A stretch of DNA of 64,000 nt from an uncultured Erysipelotrichaceae bacterium (GCA_902769185.1 CACXNV010000002.1:347-64346), one strand, 5' to 3'. Counted from the first letter of the stretch, positions 42,144 to 51,191 are shown. The notes: generated from the letters alone by a model not told the origin. Program-made: numbers and translations.

Positions 42144-42638
42144 ATGAAAGCCCACAAGATTTTGTTTTATATCTTTCTAGTATTATCAGTTGCTACTAAC
42201 ATTTTAATTATTGTGGAGTCCTCAATTGGTGGAAGTGGTAGTGCTTCTCAATCTGCTTCTATTAGTGATTGGTTTATAAAAATATTAGAATCAATCGGAA
42301 TAACTATTTCTGATGTTGAAACCTTTAGATATGTTTTTAGAAAACTAGTTGGACACTTTTTATTATTTGGATTATCAGGATTATTTACTGCTTTATCTCT
42401 TGTGATGAATGATTTTTTAATGAATAAATTTAAATGGAAAAATATGTTATTTTGTTTAGGCTTAGGCGTTAGTGTCGCTGTTATTAGTGAATTAATTCAA
42501 GCTTTTGTTCCTGGAAGATACGGCACCTTTACAGATGTCTTTATTGATTTAGCGGGCTATATCGGTTTTGCTGGAATCACTTATTTAATCTACTACTTAA
42601 TTAAAAGAAGAACTAAAAAGATAAATGAAACCGTTTAA
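42144..42638 (+). CDS. VanZ-family membrane protein
   Basis: 4 TM helices. GHFLLFGLSG and SELIQAFVPGRYGTFTDVFIDLAGYIGFAG segments are typical of VanZ-like proteins. Confidence 0.65.
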   Translation: MKAHKILFYIFLVLSVATNILIIVESSIGGSGSASQSASISDWFIKILESIGITISDVETFRYVFRKLVGHFLLFGLSGLFTALSLVMNDFLMNKFKWKNMLFCLGLGVSVAVISELIQAFVPGRYGTFTDVFIDLAGYIGFAGITYLIYYLIKRRTKKINETV

Positions 42639-43032
42639 AGAAGTAGAAGAGAAGTTTAAAAATAGTCAAAACGAGTGGAAAGCTCGTATTAGACAAGAAC
42701 CTAGCAAGGCCAAAAGATTTTGGAAATGGGCTTGGTATTTATGTGCTTTTCCATTTTTGTGGATTTGGGTCAATATTAGAGACTGGCGAACTGCTTTAAT
42801 ATTTGTCTTTGTGGCGTTAATTGTCTCTAGTGAAGTTTGGGTTCCTTATTTAATCGCAGTCATTTGTTGGAGTAATGAACCTGTTAGAATTTCAATGCTA
42901 TCTGTTGGTAGTGCTTGTTGGCTATTTTGGATAGGGCCAGGCACTCCGTTTTTAGTGATTTGTATTGGGCTCACAATCGGCGTCAAAGCCTTATTTAATA
43001 AGATCAAATATCGACACAAAAAAGCAAATTAA
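42625..43032 (+). CDS. Small integral membrane protein, unknown function
   Basis: 135 aa. Trp-rich hydrophobic helices. Overlaps the upstream gene end by 14 nt. Confidence 0.4.
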   Translation: MKPFKEVEEKFKNSQNEWKARIRQEPSKAKRFWKWAWYLCAFPFLWIWVNIRDWRTALIFVFVALIVSSEVWVPYLIAVICWSNEPVRISMLSVGSACWLFWIGPGTPFLVICIGLTIGVKALFNKIKYRHKKAN

Positions 43033-43033
43033 A

Positions 43034-43057
43034 ACCCTGAACGAATCAGGGTTTTTT
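43034..43057. terminator. Bidirectional hairpin terminator
   Basis: accctga acgaa tcagggt flanked by aaaa and tttttt. Serves the plus-strand membrane gene and the minus-strand tRNA operon. Confidence 0.75.
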
Positions 43058-43064
43058 ACAATTT

Positions 43065-43152
43065 TGGTGCCCGGGACCGGAATCGAACCGGTACGGTTTA
43101 TACAACCGCAAGATTTTAAGTCTTGTGCGTCTACCTATTCCGCCACCTGGGC
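43065..43152 (-). tRNA. tRNA-Leu (UAA), long variable arm, CCA encoded
   Basis: Reverse complement GCCCAGGTGGCGGAATAGGTAGACGC...CTTAAAA loop...T arm ACCGG-TTCGATT-CCGGT...CCCGGGCACCA. Confidence 0.9.
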
Positions 43153-43161
43153 ACTTTTAAT

Positions 43162-43237
43162 TGGTGACTCGCCGGAGATTCGAACTCCGGACCCCTTGAT
43201 TAAAAGTCAAGTGCTCTACCGACTGAGCTAGCGAGTC
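43162..43237 (-). tRNA. tRNA-Lys (UUU), CCA encoded
   Basis: Reverse complement GACTCGCTAGCTCAGTCGGTAGAGCACTTGACTTTTAATCAAG...GCGAGTCACCA. Confidence 0.93.
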
Positions 43238-43242
43238 AACAT

Positions 43243-43318
43243 TGGCTGGGGTGGGTGGGATCGAACCACCGAGATGACAGAGTCAAAGTCTGTTGCCTTA
43301 CCTCTTGGCTACACCCCA
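43243..43318 (-). tRNA. tRNA-Gln (UUG), CCA encoded
   Basis: Reverse complement TGGGGTGTAGCCAAGAGGTAAGGCAACAGACTTTGACTCTGT...CACCCCAGCCA. Confidence 0.92.
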
Positions 43319-43323
43319 ACTTG

Positions 43324-43407
43324 TGGTGGAGGGGGGCAGATTCGAACCGCCGAACCCGAAGGAGCTGATTTACAGTCAGCCGCGTTTAGCCTCTTCGCTA
43401 CCCCTCC
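43324..43407 (-). tRNA. tRNA-Tyr (GUA), long variable arm, CCA encoded
   Basis: Reverse complement GGAGGGGTAGCGAAGAGGCTAAACGCGGCTGACTGTAAATCAGC...CCCCTCCACCA. Confidence 0.92.
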
Positions 43408-43433
43408 GTTTTATTGGTATAGCTTCGCGTTAA

Positions 43434-43509
43434 TGGTGGATGCTGAGGGGCTCGAACCCCCGACCTCCGCCGTGTAAAGGCGATGCTCTCCCAGCTGAGC
43501 TAAGCATCC
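43434..43509 (-). tRNA. tRNA-Val (UAC), CCA encoded
   Basis: Reverse complement GGATGCTTAGCTCAGCTGGGAGAGCATCGCCTTTACACGGCGG...AGCATCCACCA. Confidence 0.93.
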
Positions 43510-43532
43510 GCTTTTGCAGATACGCAAGCAAT

Positions 43533-43561
43533 AATATATCATTATGCTATTTTTAATTCAA
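43533..43561 (-). promoter_or_regulatory. Candidate sigma-A promoter of the five-tRNA operon
   Basis: On the minus strand: TTGAAT (43561-43556), 17-nt spacer, TATATT (43538-43533). About 25 nt upstream of tRNA-Val. Confidence 0.55.
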
Positions 43562-43614
43562 TAAAAAAATCGCCTTTTTTATAAGCGACTTTTATTTATA
43601 AAAACGATAGCGAC

Positions 43615-44895
43615 TTAGTATCCTTTTTTGCCTAATAAATGGAACATATTTTTCTTATAGATTTCTACCCCTGGTTGATTAAATGGGTTGATATCTAATA
43701 AATAGGCACTCATCGCACATGTTCTCATAAAGAAATAGAATAGATACCCTAAGTTATAAGCATCTAATTTATCGACAGTAATGATATTACAAGGAACGCC
43801 TCCATCTTCTTGATGAGCTTTTAAAGTTCCTTTAAAGGCGTTTTGATTAACATAAGAAAGAGTCTTGCCTGCTAAATAATTTAAGCCGTCTAAATCATCT
43901 TTATCACTTGGTATCACAACATCTAATTCTGGGTTAACAATATTGACGATAGTTTCAAATAATAAAGGAGATCCATCCTGAATAAATTGACCTAAACTAT
44001 GTAAGTCAGTTGAGAAGGTCGCACTTGTAGGAAGTAGGCCCTTCTTTTCTTTTCCTTCGCTTTCTCCAAAGAGCTGTTTAAGCCATTCAGAAAGTTGAGA
44101 CATTTGTGGTTCATAAGTCACAAACATTTCTACTGGACGATGATGACGATACATATAATCTCTACTAACCGCATAGCGATAAGCGATGTTAGATTTTAAA
44201 TCATCATTATCTAAATCATTTAAGGCATCTAAAGAACCTTGTAGCATTGCTTTAACATCGACTCCGGCAACCGCTAGAGGGAATAAACCGACTGGAGTAA
44301 GAACACTATATCTACCACCAATATTTCCTGGTAAGACATAGGTGGAATAGCCTTCATTATTACATAATGTTTTTAAAGCGCCTTTTTCTTTATCGGTTAC
44401 TGCATAAATTGCTTTTCTTGCTTTTTCTTTTCCAACTTTTTTCTCAAGTAAATCTTTTAATAATCTAAAAGCAATTGAGGTTTCAGTGGTGGTACCGCTT
44501 TTAGAAATAACGTTAATCGCGAAGTTTTTATCTTTTAAATACTCTAAGACTTGGTGAGTGTAGTTAGGAGAGAAGGTTTGACCCATGAAAATAATTTCTG
44601 GTTTATCACTACCCTTTAATCCTTTTAAAGCATCTAAAGCGCATTTTGCTCCTAAGTAGCTTCCTCCAATACCAGCGACCACTAAAACATCAAAATTTTC
44701 TCTAACATATTTAGCGTCTTCAAGTAGTCTTACTAATTCTTCTTTGTCGTAATCTTTTGGCCAGGTGGTCCAACCTAAATAATCATTACCTGCTCCTGAA
44801 CGATCATCGATCATTTTATTAATTTGAGTGACTTTAGATTGATATTTCTCAATCTCGACTTCACTAATGACATTACTGACATCAACTTTAATCAT
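43615..44895 (-). CDS. pgi: Glucose-6-phosphate isomerase
   Basis: GIGGSYLGAKC, SKSGTTTET and GGRYS motifs. The likely start is the ATG at 44895 (MIKVDVSN...), overlapping the upstream stop in ATGATTAA. Confidence 0.95.
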   Translation of the reverse strand: MIKVDVSNVISEVEIEKYQSKVTQINKMIDDRSGAGNDYLGWTTWPKDYDKEELVRLLEDAKYVRENFDVLVVAGIGGSYLGAKCALDALKGLKGSDKPEIIFMGQTFSPNYTHQVLEYLKDKNFAINVISKSGTTTETSIAFRLLKDLLEKKVGKEKARKAIYAVTDKEKGALKTLCNNEGYSTYVLPGNIGGRYSVLTPVGLFPLAVAGVDVKAMLQGSLDALNDLDNDDLKSNIAYRYAVSRDYMYRHHRPVEMFVTYEPQMSQLSEWLKQLFGESEGKEKKGLLPTSATFSTDLHSLGQFIQDGSPLLFETIVNIVNPELDVVIPSDKDDLDGLNYLAGKTLSYVNQNAFKGTLKAHQEDGGVPCNIITVDKLDAYNLGYLFYFFMRTCAMSAYLLDINPFNQPGVEIYKKNMFHLLGKKGY

Positions 44896-45268
44896 CTTTT
44901 TCTTCTTCCTTTGCTTTTTGTAAAGTTTCACTAATCCATTCTGGAAGTTTAGCCTCTAAATCATGAAAATCAGCTTCATCAAATTGAGTGAAGTGGTGAA
45001 CTGATTCATCATGAGTGTTATATCTTTCTTCTTCTGGAATAGCTTTATAAGAGACTCTTAAAAATCCATTTTGAGGATCAATAGAAAGCACTTTAACTTT
45101 TAATTCATCCCCAACTGTGCCGAATTTTTCAATGTCTCGAATATATTTATCGGAAAGTTCAGAGATATGTAATAATCCGTTTTGTCCGGTCTCGAAAGTT
45201 AAAAATAAGGCATAAGGTCTTACTTGGTTAACTTTGCCAATGACAACATCTCCGACTTTGATTTCCAT
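44888..45268 (-). CDS. S1-domain RNA-binding protein (YugI/GSP13/CvfD-like)
   Basis: GDVVIGKVNQVRPYALFLTF...GLLHISEL S1 fold and an acidic tail. Adjacent to pgi, as in the Bacillus yug region. Confidence 0.8.
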   Translation of the reverse strand: MEIKVGDVVIGKVNQVRPYALFLTFETGQNGLLHISELSDKYIRDIEKFGTVGDELKVKVLSIDPQNGFLRVSYKAIPEEERYNTHDESVHHFTQFDEADFHDLEAKLPEWISETLQKAKEEEKDD

Positions 45269-45303
45269 ACATAATAATGTATCACTCTCATAGTTAAAAA
45301 TGT

Positions 45304-45336
45304 ATAAAAAAATAGACCAAATTAATTCGGTCTATT
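45304..45336 (-). terminator. Rho-independent terminator of the HAD-like gene
   Basis: aatagacc / ggtctatt, a perfect 8-bp stem (45311-45318 / 45329-45336). On the minus strand it is followed by a T run. Confidence 0.7.
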
Positions 45337-45351
45337 ATTTTGCGTTGTTGA

Positions 45352-46182
45352 TTATTTATTCGCTAGGGCTAATTCTTTAGCTTCGATTTCGCTTCTTGTG
45401 GCGATGTCATCGATGATTAATTTAAAGACTTTTTCCATATCGGAGTCTTTAGAGTAGTCAGCCTTAACGACAAATTTGCATCTTTGATCTTTTCTAATTT
45501 GAGCGACTTTTTCTTTATTGTCTTCGGTATAAACACCAATGGAGTAGCCCTTATTCTTATTGACTAAGGTCATACAAGCGACATCAGTCATTCCATCTCC
45601 AATATAAGCAATATTGGTGTATGGGATTCTTAAGCCATCTCTAGTTTTTTCATTAACCGCGTTATCGTCTCTTACATCAGTAACACCTTTAGCGATTCTA
45701 AAGAAGAATTGAGTTTTCTGAGTGTAGTTAATAGCGAGTTTTGGCCACACAGGCACCCCGTTTTCATAATAGAATTCACATCCATAGACATTGGTGAAGC
45801 AATCATATATCGAGCAACCTTCTAAAATTTCTTTAGTGCCGCTTGAGACTAAATAGTGTTCAACCTTAACCCCTTTTTGCTTTCCATACTCATTAATTCT
45901 TGTAAACCAAGTTGAGACTCCTGGATGGTATTTAATTGACTTACCACATTCTCTTAAAACTTCTCTAGTAAGCTTAATTCCTTTTTCTCTTGCTTTTGCA
46001 ATCATCATATACATGTATGAAAGTATTCTTTCACAACCTGATTTTTCACTAAATTCACCGGTTGCGCCCCAGAATTCTTCTGGAGTCATTCCCACCATAG
46101 GGATGAAAGAATAATTTTGCATATCAGTCGTGGACAATGTTTTATCAAAGTCATACATGATTCCTAATATTGGTCTGGCCAT
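45352..46182 (-). CDS. HAD-superfamily phosphatase-like hydrolase
   Basis: Motif I MYDFDKTL (DxDxT), motif II VSSGT, motif IV IGDGMTD. Substrate unknown. Confidence 0.7.
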   Translation of the reverse strand: MARPILGIMYDFDKTLSTTDMQNYSFIPMVGMTPEEFWGATGEFSEKSGCERILSYMYMMIAKAREKGIKLTREVLRECGKSIKYHPGVSTWFTRINEYGKQKGVKVEHYLVSSGTKEILEGCSIYDCFTNVYGCEFYYENGVPVWPKLAINYTQKTQFFFRIAKGVTDVRDDNAVNEKTRDGLRIPYTNIAYIGDGMTDVACMTLVNKNKGYSIGVYTEDNKEKVAQIRKDQRCKFVVKADYSKDSDMEKVFKLIIDDIATRSEIEAKELALANK

Positions 46183-46328
46183 AATTTTACCTCGTTAGGT
46201 ATATTATCACAAAAGATAATATAGGTCAAATCTTCATTTTTTGAATAGTATTACCCTACTAATGCTGAAAACAAGATGCAAATTTGTAACTCTTATTAAT
46301 TAATAATTCTTTTTGTTGAGTATATTGC

Positions 46329-46357
46329 TTGAGAGAAAATAAATTTTCTTTTACAAT
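46329..46357 (+). promoter_or_regulatory. Candidate sigma-A promoter of gpmI
   Basis: TTGAGA (46329-46334), 17-nt spacer, TACAAT (46352-46357). It places the TSS downstream of the TTG used by the track ORF. Confidence 0.45.
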
Positions 46358-46385
46358 TATATCGCCTTGGAAAGGACAAATTATT

Positions 46386-47993
46386 ATGGAAAATAAAAAA
46401 CCAGTCATTCTTTGCATCATGGATGGTTATGGAATTAGACATAACCCAGTTGGCAACGCTGTTTACGATGCCAAAAAGCCAAATCTAGATGCTTATTTTA
46501 AGAAATATTCTTATACAGAAATTAATGCTTCTGGAGAATATGTCGGACTACCTGATGGACAAATGGGTAACTCAGAAGTCGGACACATGAATATGGGAGC
46601 AGGAAGAATTGTTTATCAATCTTTAACCCTTATTAATAAGTCGATTAAAGATGGTGACTTCTTCAAAAACGAGAAATATTTAGCAGCGATTGAACACGCG
46701 AAAAAACATCATTCTAAATTACACATCTTTGGTTTAGTTAGTGACGGTGGAGTTCACTCCCATATTAATCACATTTTAGCTATCATTGAACTCGCTAGTA
46801 AAAGCGGATTAGACGATGTCTATATGCACTGTTTCATGGATGGAAGAGACGTCGATCCTCAAGCTGGCGTTAAATACGTCGATATGATTCAAAAGAAAAT
46901 GGATGAATTACATTTCGGTCATATCGCTGATATAGGCGGCAGATACTGGGGTATGGATAGAGACAAAAACATGGACCGTGTCGATGTGCATTATCGCTTA
47001 ATGGTGGACCACGACGGACCAAGTTTTGATGATTATCATGACTTCTTTAAATATGAATATAACGAAGAATTACCAAAATTAGGTAAGGCAAGTAGTGATG
47101 AGTTCTTAATTCCTCACTATAACAGCAAAGTTGATGGCAGAATCTCTGATAACGATGCGATTATCTTTATGAATTATCGTCCAGATAGAGCAATTCAAAT
47201 TTCTACTTTATTCACCAATCCAGATTTCTATGAATATCCTATTAAAAAGGATGACGGCTCTTTAGCCTGGAAGCCTTATAAGCCTGCTCATCCTTTAAAG
47301 AACATTTTCTATGTTTGCACTATGAAATACGCTGATAGTGTTAAGGGTGTGATTGCTTTTGAACCTCAAAAATTAAATAACATCTTAGGTCAATATTTAG
47401 CTGACCAAGGATTTACTCAATTAAGAATTGCGGAAACTGAAAAATACGCGCATGTTACGTTCTTCTTTGATGGAACCATGAATTTTGATGGGGTGGAACG
47501 TCCTGAACTTAAAGGATGTAGAAGAGTTTTAATTAACTCTCCTAAAGTTCCTACCTATGATATGCAACCAGAAATGAGTGCACCATTAGTGCTTGAAGCT
47601 TTACTTAAAGAACTAAATAAACATGATTTAGATGTTGTGATCTTAAACTTTGCTAACTGCGATATGGTTGGTCATACTGCAGTTCATGATGCTTGTGTTA
47701 AAGCGGTAGAAACTGTTGACCACTGTGTTGGTGAAATCATTAAATGGTGTGACGAAAATGGTGGAACTCTTTTAGTCACAGCAGACCACGGTAACGCCGA
47801 AGAAATCTTAGATGAAAACGGTAAACCAATGACTGCTCATACCACTAACTTAGTGCCATTCTGTATCAATAGAGTTGGCTTAAAACTTAGACAAAAAGAA
47901 GGTAAGTTAGCGGATATCGCTCCTACTATTTTAGAGTTACTTGGAGTGGAGCAACCAAAAGAAATGACAGGTGTGTCATTAATTGAAAAATAA
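46386..47993 (+). CDS. gpmI: 2,3-bisphosphoglycerate-independent phosphoglycerate mutase
   Basis: ILCIMDGYG, GQMGNSEVGHMNMGAGR and ADHGNAE motifs. Start moved to the ATG at 46386 (MENKKPVIL), after GGAAAGGA. Confidence 0.95.
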   Translation: MENKKPVILCIMDGYGIRHNPVGNAVYDAKKPNLDAYFKKYSYTEINASGEYVGLPDGQMGNSEVGHMNMGAGRIVYQSLTLINKSIKDGDFFKNEKYLAAIEHAKKHHSKLHIFGLVSDGGVHSHINHILAIIELASKSGLDDVYMHCFMDGRDVDPQAGVKYVDMIQKKMDELHFGHIADIGGRYWGMDRDKNMDRVDVHYRLMVDHDGPSFDDYHDFFKYEYNEELPKLGKASSDEFLIPHYNSKVDGRISDNDAIIFMNYRPDRAIQISTLFTNPDFYEYPIKKDDGSLAWKPYKPAHPLKNIFYVCTMKYADSVKGVIAFEPQKLNNILGQYLADQGFTQLRIAETEKYAHVTFFFDGTMNFDGVERPELKGCRRVLINSPKVPTYDMQPEMSAPLVLEALLKELNKHDLDVVILNFANCDMVGHTAVHDACVKAVETVDHCVGEIIKWCDENGGTLLVTADHGNAEEILDENGKPMTAHTTNLVPFCINRVGLKLRQKEGKLADIAPTILELLGVEQPKEMTGVSLIEK

Positions 47994-48004
47994 GGAGATT
48001 ATCT

Positions 48005-49714
48005 ATGAAAGATAAAAACTTAAAATTTGAAGAATACCCATTTAGGGTACCTACTGAAAAAAGAACCATCAATAAGATGGAATCTTTAATCAAGGATTTA
48101 GAAGAATGTGGCAGTGCCCTTACCGCTAAACTTGCAGTGAAACACTGGAATAAATACATGTCTGAATTATCAACAGACGTTGGAGTTATTTCAGTTAGAT
48201 ATTCTTTAGATACGAGAAACAAGATCTATAAGAATGCTCAAGATCGTGTTGATGAACTTAGCCCAGTATTCTCTAAATACTCCAATGAATTTGAAAAGAT
48301 TCTTTTAAAAGCAAAATATCGTAAAGATTTAGAAAAACTATACGGCAAATACCTTTTTAAGATATTTGAAAATAATCAAAAATCATTTGATCCAAAAATT
48401 ATTCCTGATTTAATTGAAGAGAATAAACTCACTTCTAAATATGACGAAGTTTTAGGAACTGCCCAAATTGAATTTAGAGGACAAGTTTATAACTTATCTC
48501 AGCTTGGTAAATTCATGTCCGACAAAGATAGAGAAACTAGAAAAGAAGCTAGTATCGCTATGGACAAGTGGATGGGTGAACACGAAAAAGAAATCGGTGA
48601 TATCTATGATAAATTAGTCCATTTAAGAGACGGGATGGCTAAAAAACTAGGTTATAAAAACTTCATTGAACTTGGTTATATCCGTTTAGGAAGAACCGAC
48701 TATAACGCTAAGATGGTAAAAGGCTATAGAGACCAAATTAGAGAAGAAGTAGTCCCAATTGCTCAAAAACTATATAAAGCGCAAATGAAAGGCTTAGGAA
48801 TTAAAGACCCACAAACATTTGACTATAATCTTAAATTTTTAAGTGGCAATCCAACTCCAGTTGGAGACTCTAAAGTCTTAGTGGGACACGCTAAAACAAT
48901 GTATGAAAAGATGTCCAAAGAATCCGCTGATTTTATTAATTTAATGATTTGTAATCATTTAATGGATTTAGATGCTAGAGCAGGTAAAGCTCCTGGAGGA
49001 TATTGCACTTATTTCTCTGAATATAAGACTCCATTCATCTTCTCTAACTTTAATGGCACTGAAGGGGATGTTAATGTTCTTTGTCACGAAGGAGGTCACG
49101 CTTTCCAAGCTTACCTCAGTAGTGGAATTAAAATCCCAGAATATCAAAATCCTACTTTAGAGAGCTGTGAAATTCACTCTATGAGTATGGAATTCTTCAC
49201 CTGGCCATATATGAATTTATTTTTTGGTAAAGACGCCGAAAAATATAAATATTCACATTTATGTGATGCGATTGAATTCTTACCATATGGTATTACCATT
49301 GATGAATTCCAACACTGGGTCTATGAACATCCTAACGCCACTCACGAAGAAAGATGTGCTAAATATAAAGAAATTGAATCTATCAATCTCCCTCATTCTA
49401 GATATGACTATTGTCCAACTATGAATAAAGGTACTAGATGGATGAGACAATCTCATGTCTTCGGAACCCCATTCTATTACATTGATTATACTTTAGCCCA
49501 AGTAGTGGCCTTCCAATTCTTAGCGGAAGATCTTAAAAACCACGAAAAAGCTTGGAAGAAATATGTCAAACTCTGTAAATTAGGTGGAACGTTACCATTT
49601 ACTGGACTATTAGAAAAAGTACATTTAAGAAATCCATTTGAAGAAGGAAATGTGAAGAAAAATATTCACCCACTTCTTAAAGTTCTTAAAGAGTTTGATA
49701 TATCAAAATTCTAA
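48005..49714 (+). CDS. M3B oligoendopeptidase (PepF family)
   Basis: HEGGHAFQ zinc motif with a downstream E (ESCEIHSMSME). 569 aa. Confidence 0.85.
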   Translation: MKDKNLKFEEYPFRVPTEKRTINKMESLIKDLEECGSALTAKLAVKHWNKYMSELSTDVGVISVRYSLDTRNKIYKNAQDRVDELSPVFSKYSNEFEKILLKAKYRKDLEKLYGKYLFKIFENNQKSFDPKIIPDLIEENKLTSKYDEVLGTAQIEFRGQVYNLSQLGKFMSDKDRETRKEASIAMDKWMGEHEKEIGDIYDKLVHLRDGMAKKLGYKNFIELGYIRLGRTDYNAKMVKGYRDQIREEVVPIAQKLYKAQMKGLGIKDPQTFDYNLKFLSGNPTPVGDSKVLVGHAKTMYEKMSKESADFINLMICNHLMDLDARAGKAPGGYCTYFSEYKTPFIFSNFNGTEGDVNVLCHEGGHAFQAYLSSGIKIPEYQNPTLESCEIHSMSMEFFTWPYMNLFFGKDAEKYKYSHLCDAIEFLPYGITIDEFQHWVYEHPNATHEERCAKYKEIESINLPHSRYDYCPTMNKGTRWMRQSHVFGTPFYYIDYTLAQVVAFQFLAEDLKNHEKAWKKYVKLCKLGGTLPFTGLLEKVHLRNPFEEGNVKKNIHPLLKVLKEFDISKF

Positions 49715-49720
49715 CATAAG

Positions 49721-49752
49721 AAAAGCGCAGGATTTGAATGACCTGCGCTTTT
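49721..49752. terminator. Bidirectional hairpin terminator between pepF and the RhuM-like gene
   Basis: aaaagcgcagg / cctgcgctttt, an 11-bp stem (49721-49731 / 49742-49752). Confidence 0.8.
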
Positions 49753-49759
49753 ACTTTAG

Positions 49760-50998
49760 CTAATTGAGGCTAGATAATATTGCTTCAACTAGTCCTTTGG
49801 TTTCTATTTGATTGACCGCAAACACTCTTTTGCCCATATGATTGAGTGATGTTCCCAATGCATAGCACAATTGATCATCAATTATAATGAATCTATCGTG
49901 AAAGTTATCAATAGTGGATATGGCGACTTTTCCATATTGCGCGGTAAACTTTTGTATATCAATATTAGCCAATTTTGATTTTTTAGATTTATATACCCTC
50001 TTTTCTATATTTTGTGGTAACTCTTTTAAGAAAGATAAAGCATGTCGATCAAAATACGGGTCAATAATTATAATTTTTGTTTTTGCCATGGATAATATTT
50101 CAGATACAAATTCGAATGCATCGAAATATTCACCATTAAAGAAAATTTTTTCTTTCTCAAGTAAATATAAATTGCTTTCTTTCAGCACTTTAAGTTCTTC
50201 CTTCAACTCCATGTATTGATTATTAAGATTGATTAATCCTTTATAAAATGATGAATCATCGCATCTATCATTAATGGCGCACCCATTAATAAGATAATCT
50301 TTCAATATTTTGGTAACCCATTTTCTAAAATCAATCGCAACCTTACCTTTAATCCTATATCCGATAGCGAGAATTAAATCTAGGTTATAATGTGAAACAA
50401 AATATTGTTTATTGTCGTGAGCAGTATACAAGAAATCCTTGTGAACTGAATCCATATCTAATTCACCCTCTTCAAAAATGTTTTTAATATGGAACGATAT
50501 GTTTTGTTGAGTAGTCTCAAATAGTGTGGCGATTTGCTCTTGTGTTAACCAAACAGTTTCTTCTTTGTGAGAGACGCTAACATCAAGCTTTATAGACCCA
50601 TTATCATAGATAACAATATTATTATTTCCAGAATTATTGTCGGATTCCTTATTTCTTTGGCTTTTGATTATAAAATTTTCAAAAGTTCTAAAGTGTTTGC
50701 TTTTTAGTTCTTTTTCAATTTCAATAATAAAACTGTTTCCATACAATGTGATTGGTCTTGTTTTGTGAGATAAATGCAAGATAAAATCATTTTTTGATTT
50801 TTTCTCGCTGGATAAAATCACATCACTTTCGATTAGATTGTAGGTTGACTTTATAACTCGTCTAGCAGTAGCAATGCTGACATTAAAAAGTTTTGCTATC
50901 TCGTTTGCTGATAGCCAGATAGTGCCGTCTTCGACAGACACTCTCACATCTAGAGAAATATCTCCGTCAGTAAATTTAATTGTTTTAAAATTGTCCAT
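49760..50998 (-). CDS. RhuM-family protein with a duplicated N-terminal HTH-like module and a C-terminal HDR-motif (PLD/MIT_C-like) module
   Basis: Core: VWLTQEQIATLFETTQQNISFHIKNIFEEGELD...YNLDLILAIGYRIKGKVAIDFRKW, the RhuM signature. A degenerate copy lies at aa 1-60 (ISLDVRVSVEDGTIWLSANEIAKLFNVS). C-terminus: IIIIDPYF...FHDRFIIIDD...LGTSLNHMGKR. Strong GGAGG RBS. Confidence 0.75.
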   Translation of the reverse strand: MDNFKTIKFTDGDISLDVRVSVEDGTIWLSANEIAKLFNVSIATARRVIKSTYNLIESDVILSSEKKSKNDFILHLSHKTRPITLYGNSFIIEIEKELKSKHFRTFENFIIKSQRNKESDNNSGNNNIVIYDNGSIKLDVSVSHKEETVWLTQEQIATLFETTQQNISFHIKNIFEEGELDMDSVHKDFLYTAHDNKQYFVSHYNLDLILAIGYRIKGKVAIDFRKWVTKILKDYLINGCAINDRCDDSSFYKGLINLNNQYMELKEELKVLKESNLYLLEKEKIFFNGEYFDAFEFVSEILSMAKTKIIIIDPYFDRHALSFLKELPQNIEKRVYKSKKSKLANIDIQKFTAQYGKVAISTIDNFHDRFIIIDDQLCYALGTSLNHMGKRVFAVNQIETKGLVEAILSSLN

Positions 50999-51103
50999 AT
51001 GGACCTCCTATTTCTATAGAAAGCAAAATAAGGATCCTTCAATCCTATCCTCATTTTTACTTTTCCATACCCAAGAAGATCCTTATGATCTTTCTACAAA
51101 AAT

Positions 51104-51112
51104 ATTATAGCA
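51104..51112 (-). promoter_or_regulatory. Candidate extended -10 promoter element for the RhuM-like gene
   Basis: Minus strand reads TGCTATAAT. It is overlapped by a 7-bp inverted repeat tatagca/tgctata (51106-51124). The -35 is poor. Confidence 0.35.
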
Positions 51113-51152
51113 TTTTATGCTATAAGAGTATAGTGTTATTTTCTAAAAAATG

Positions 51153-51181
51153 AAAAAAATACAGTACACTTAGTGTACTGT
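51153..51181 (-). terminator. Rho-independent terminator of tRNA-Leu(GAG)
   Basis: acagtacac tta gtgtactgt, a perfect 9-bp stem. On the minus strand it is followed by attttttt. Confidence 0.8.
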
Positions 51182-51191
51182 AGCAATCTAA

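Noticed and set aside
42965-43477. ORFs 42965..43231 (+) and 43274..43477 (+)
   Set aside because: They run antisense through five tRNA genes. Their GC-rich 'coding' signal is just tRNA sequence.
49914-51110. ORFs 49914..50219 (+) and 50874..51110 (+) opposite the RhuM-like gene
   Set aside because: They are antisense to a 412-aa ORF that has a strong RBS and family motifs. Their translations are Ser/Phe/Ile low-complexity. I considered an antitoxin-like partner, but they have no RBS or promoter.
49715-51190. Classical tRNA-targeted integrative island at tRNA-Leu(GAG)
   Set aside because: I found by eye no integrase or recombinase gene and no direct repeat of the tRNA 3' end. The gcgcagg in the 49721 hairpin matches only 7 nt of the tRNA 5' end, which is probably coincidence. 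It is kept only as an 'accessory-looking cassette'.
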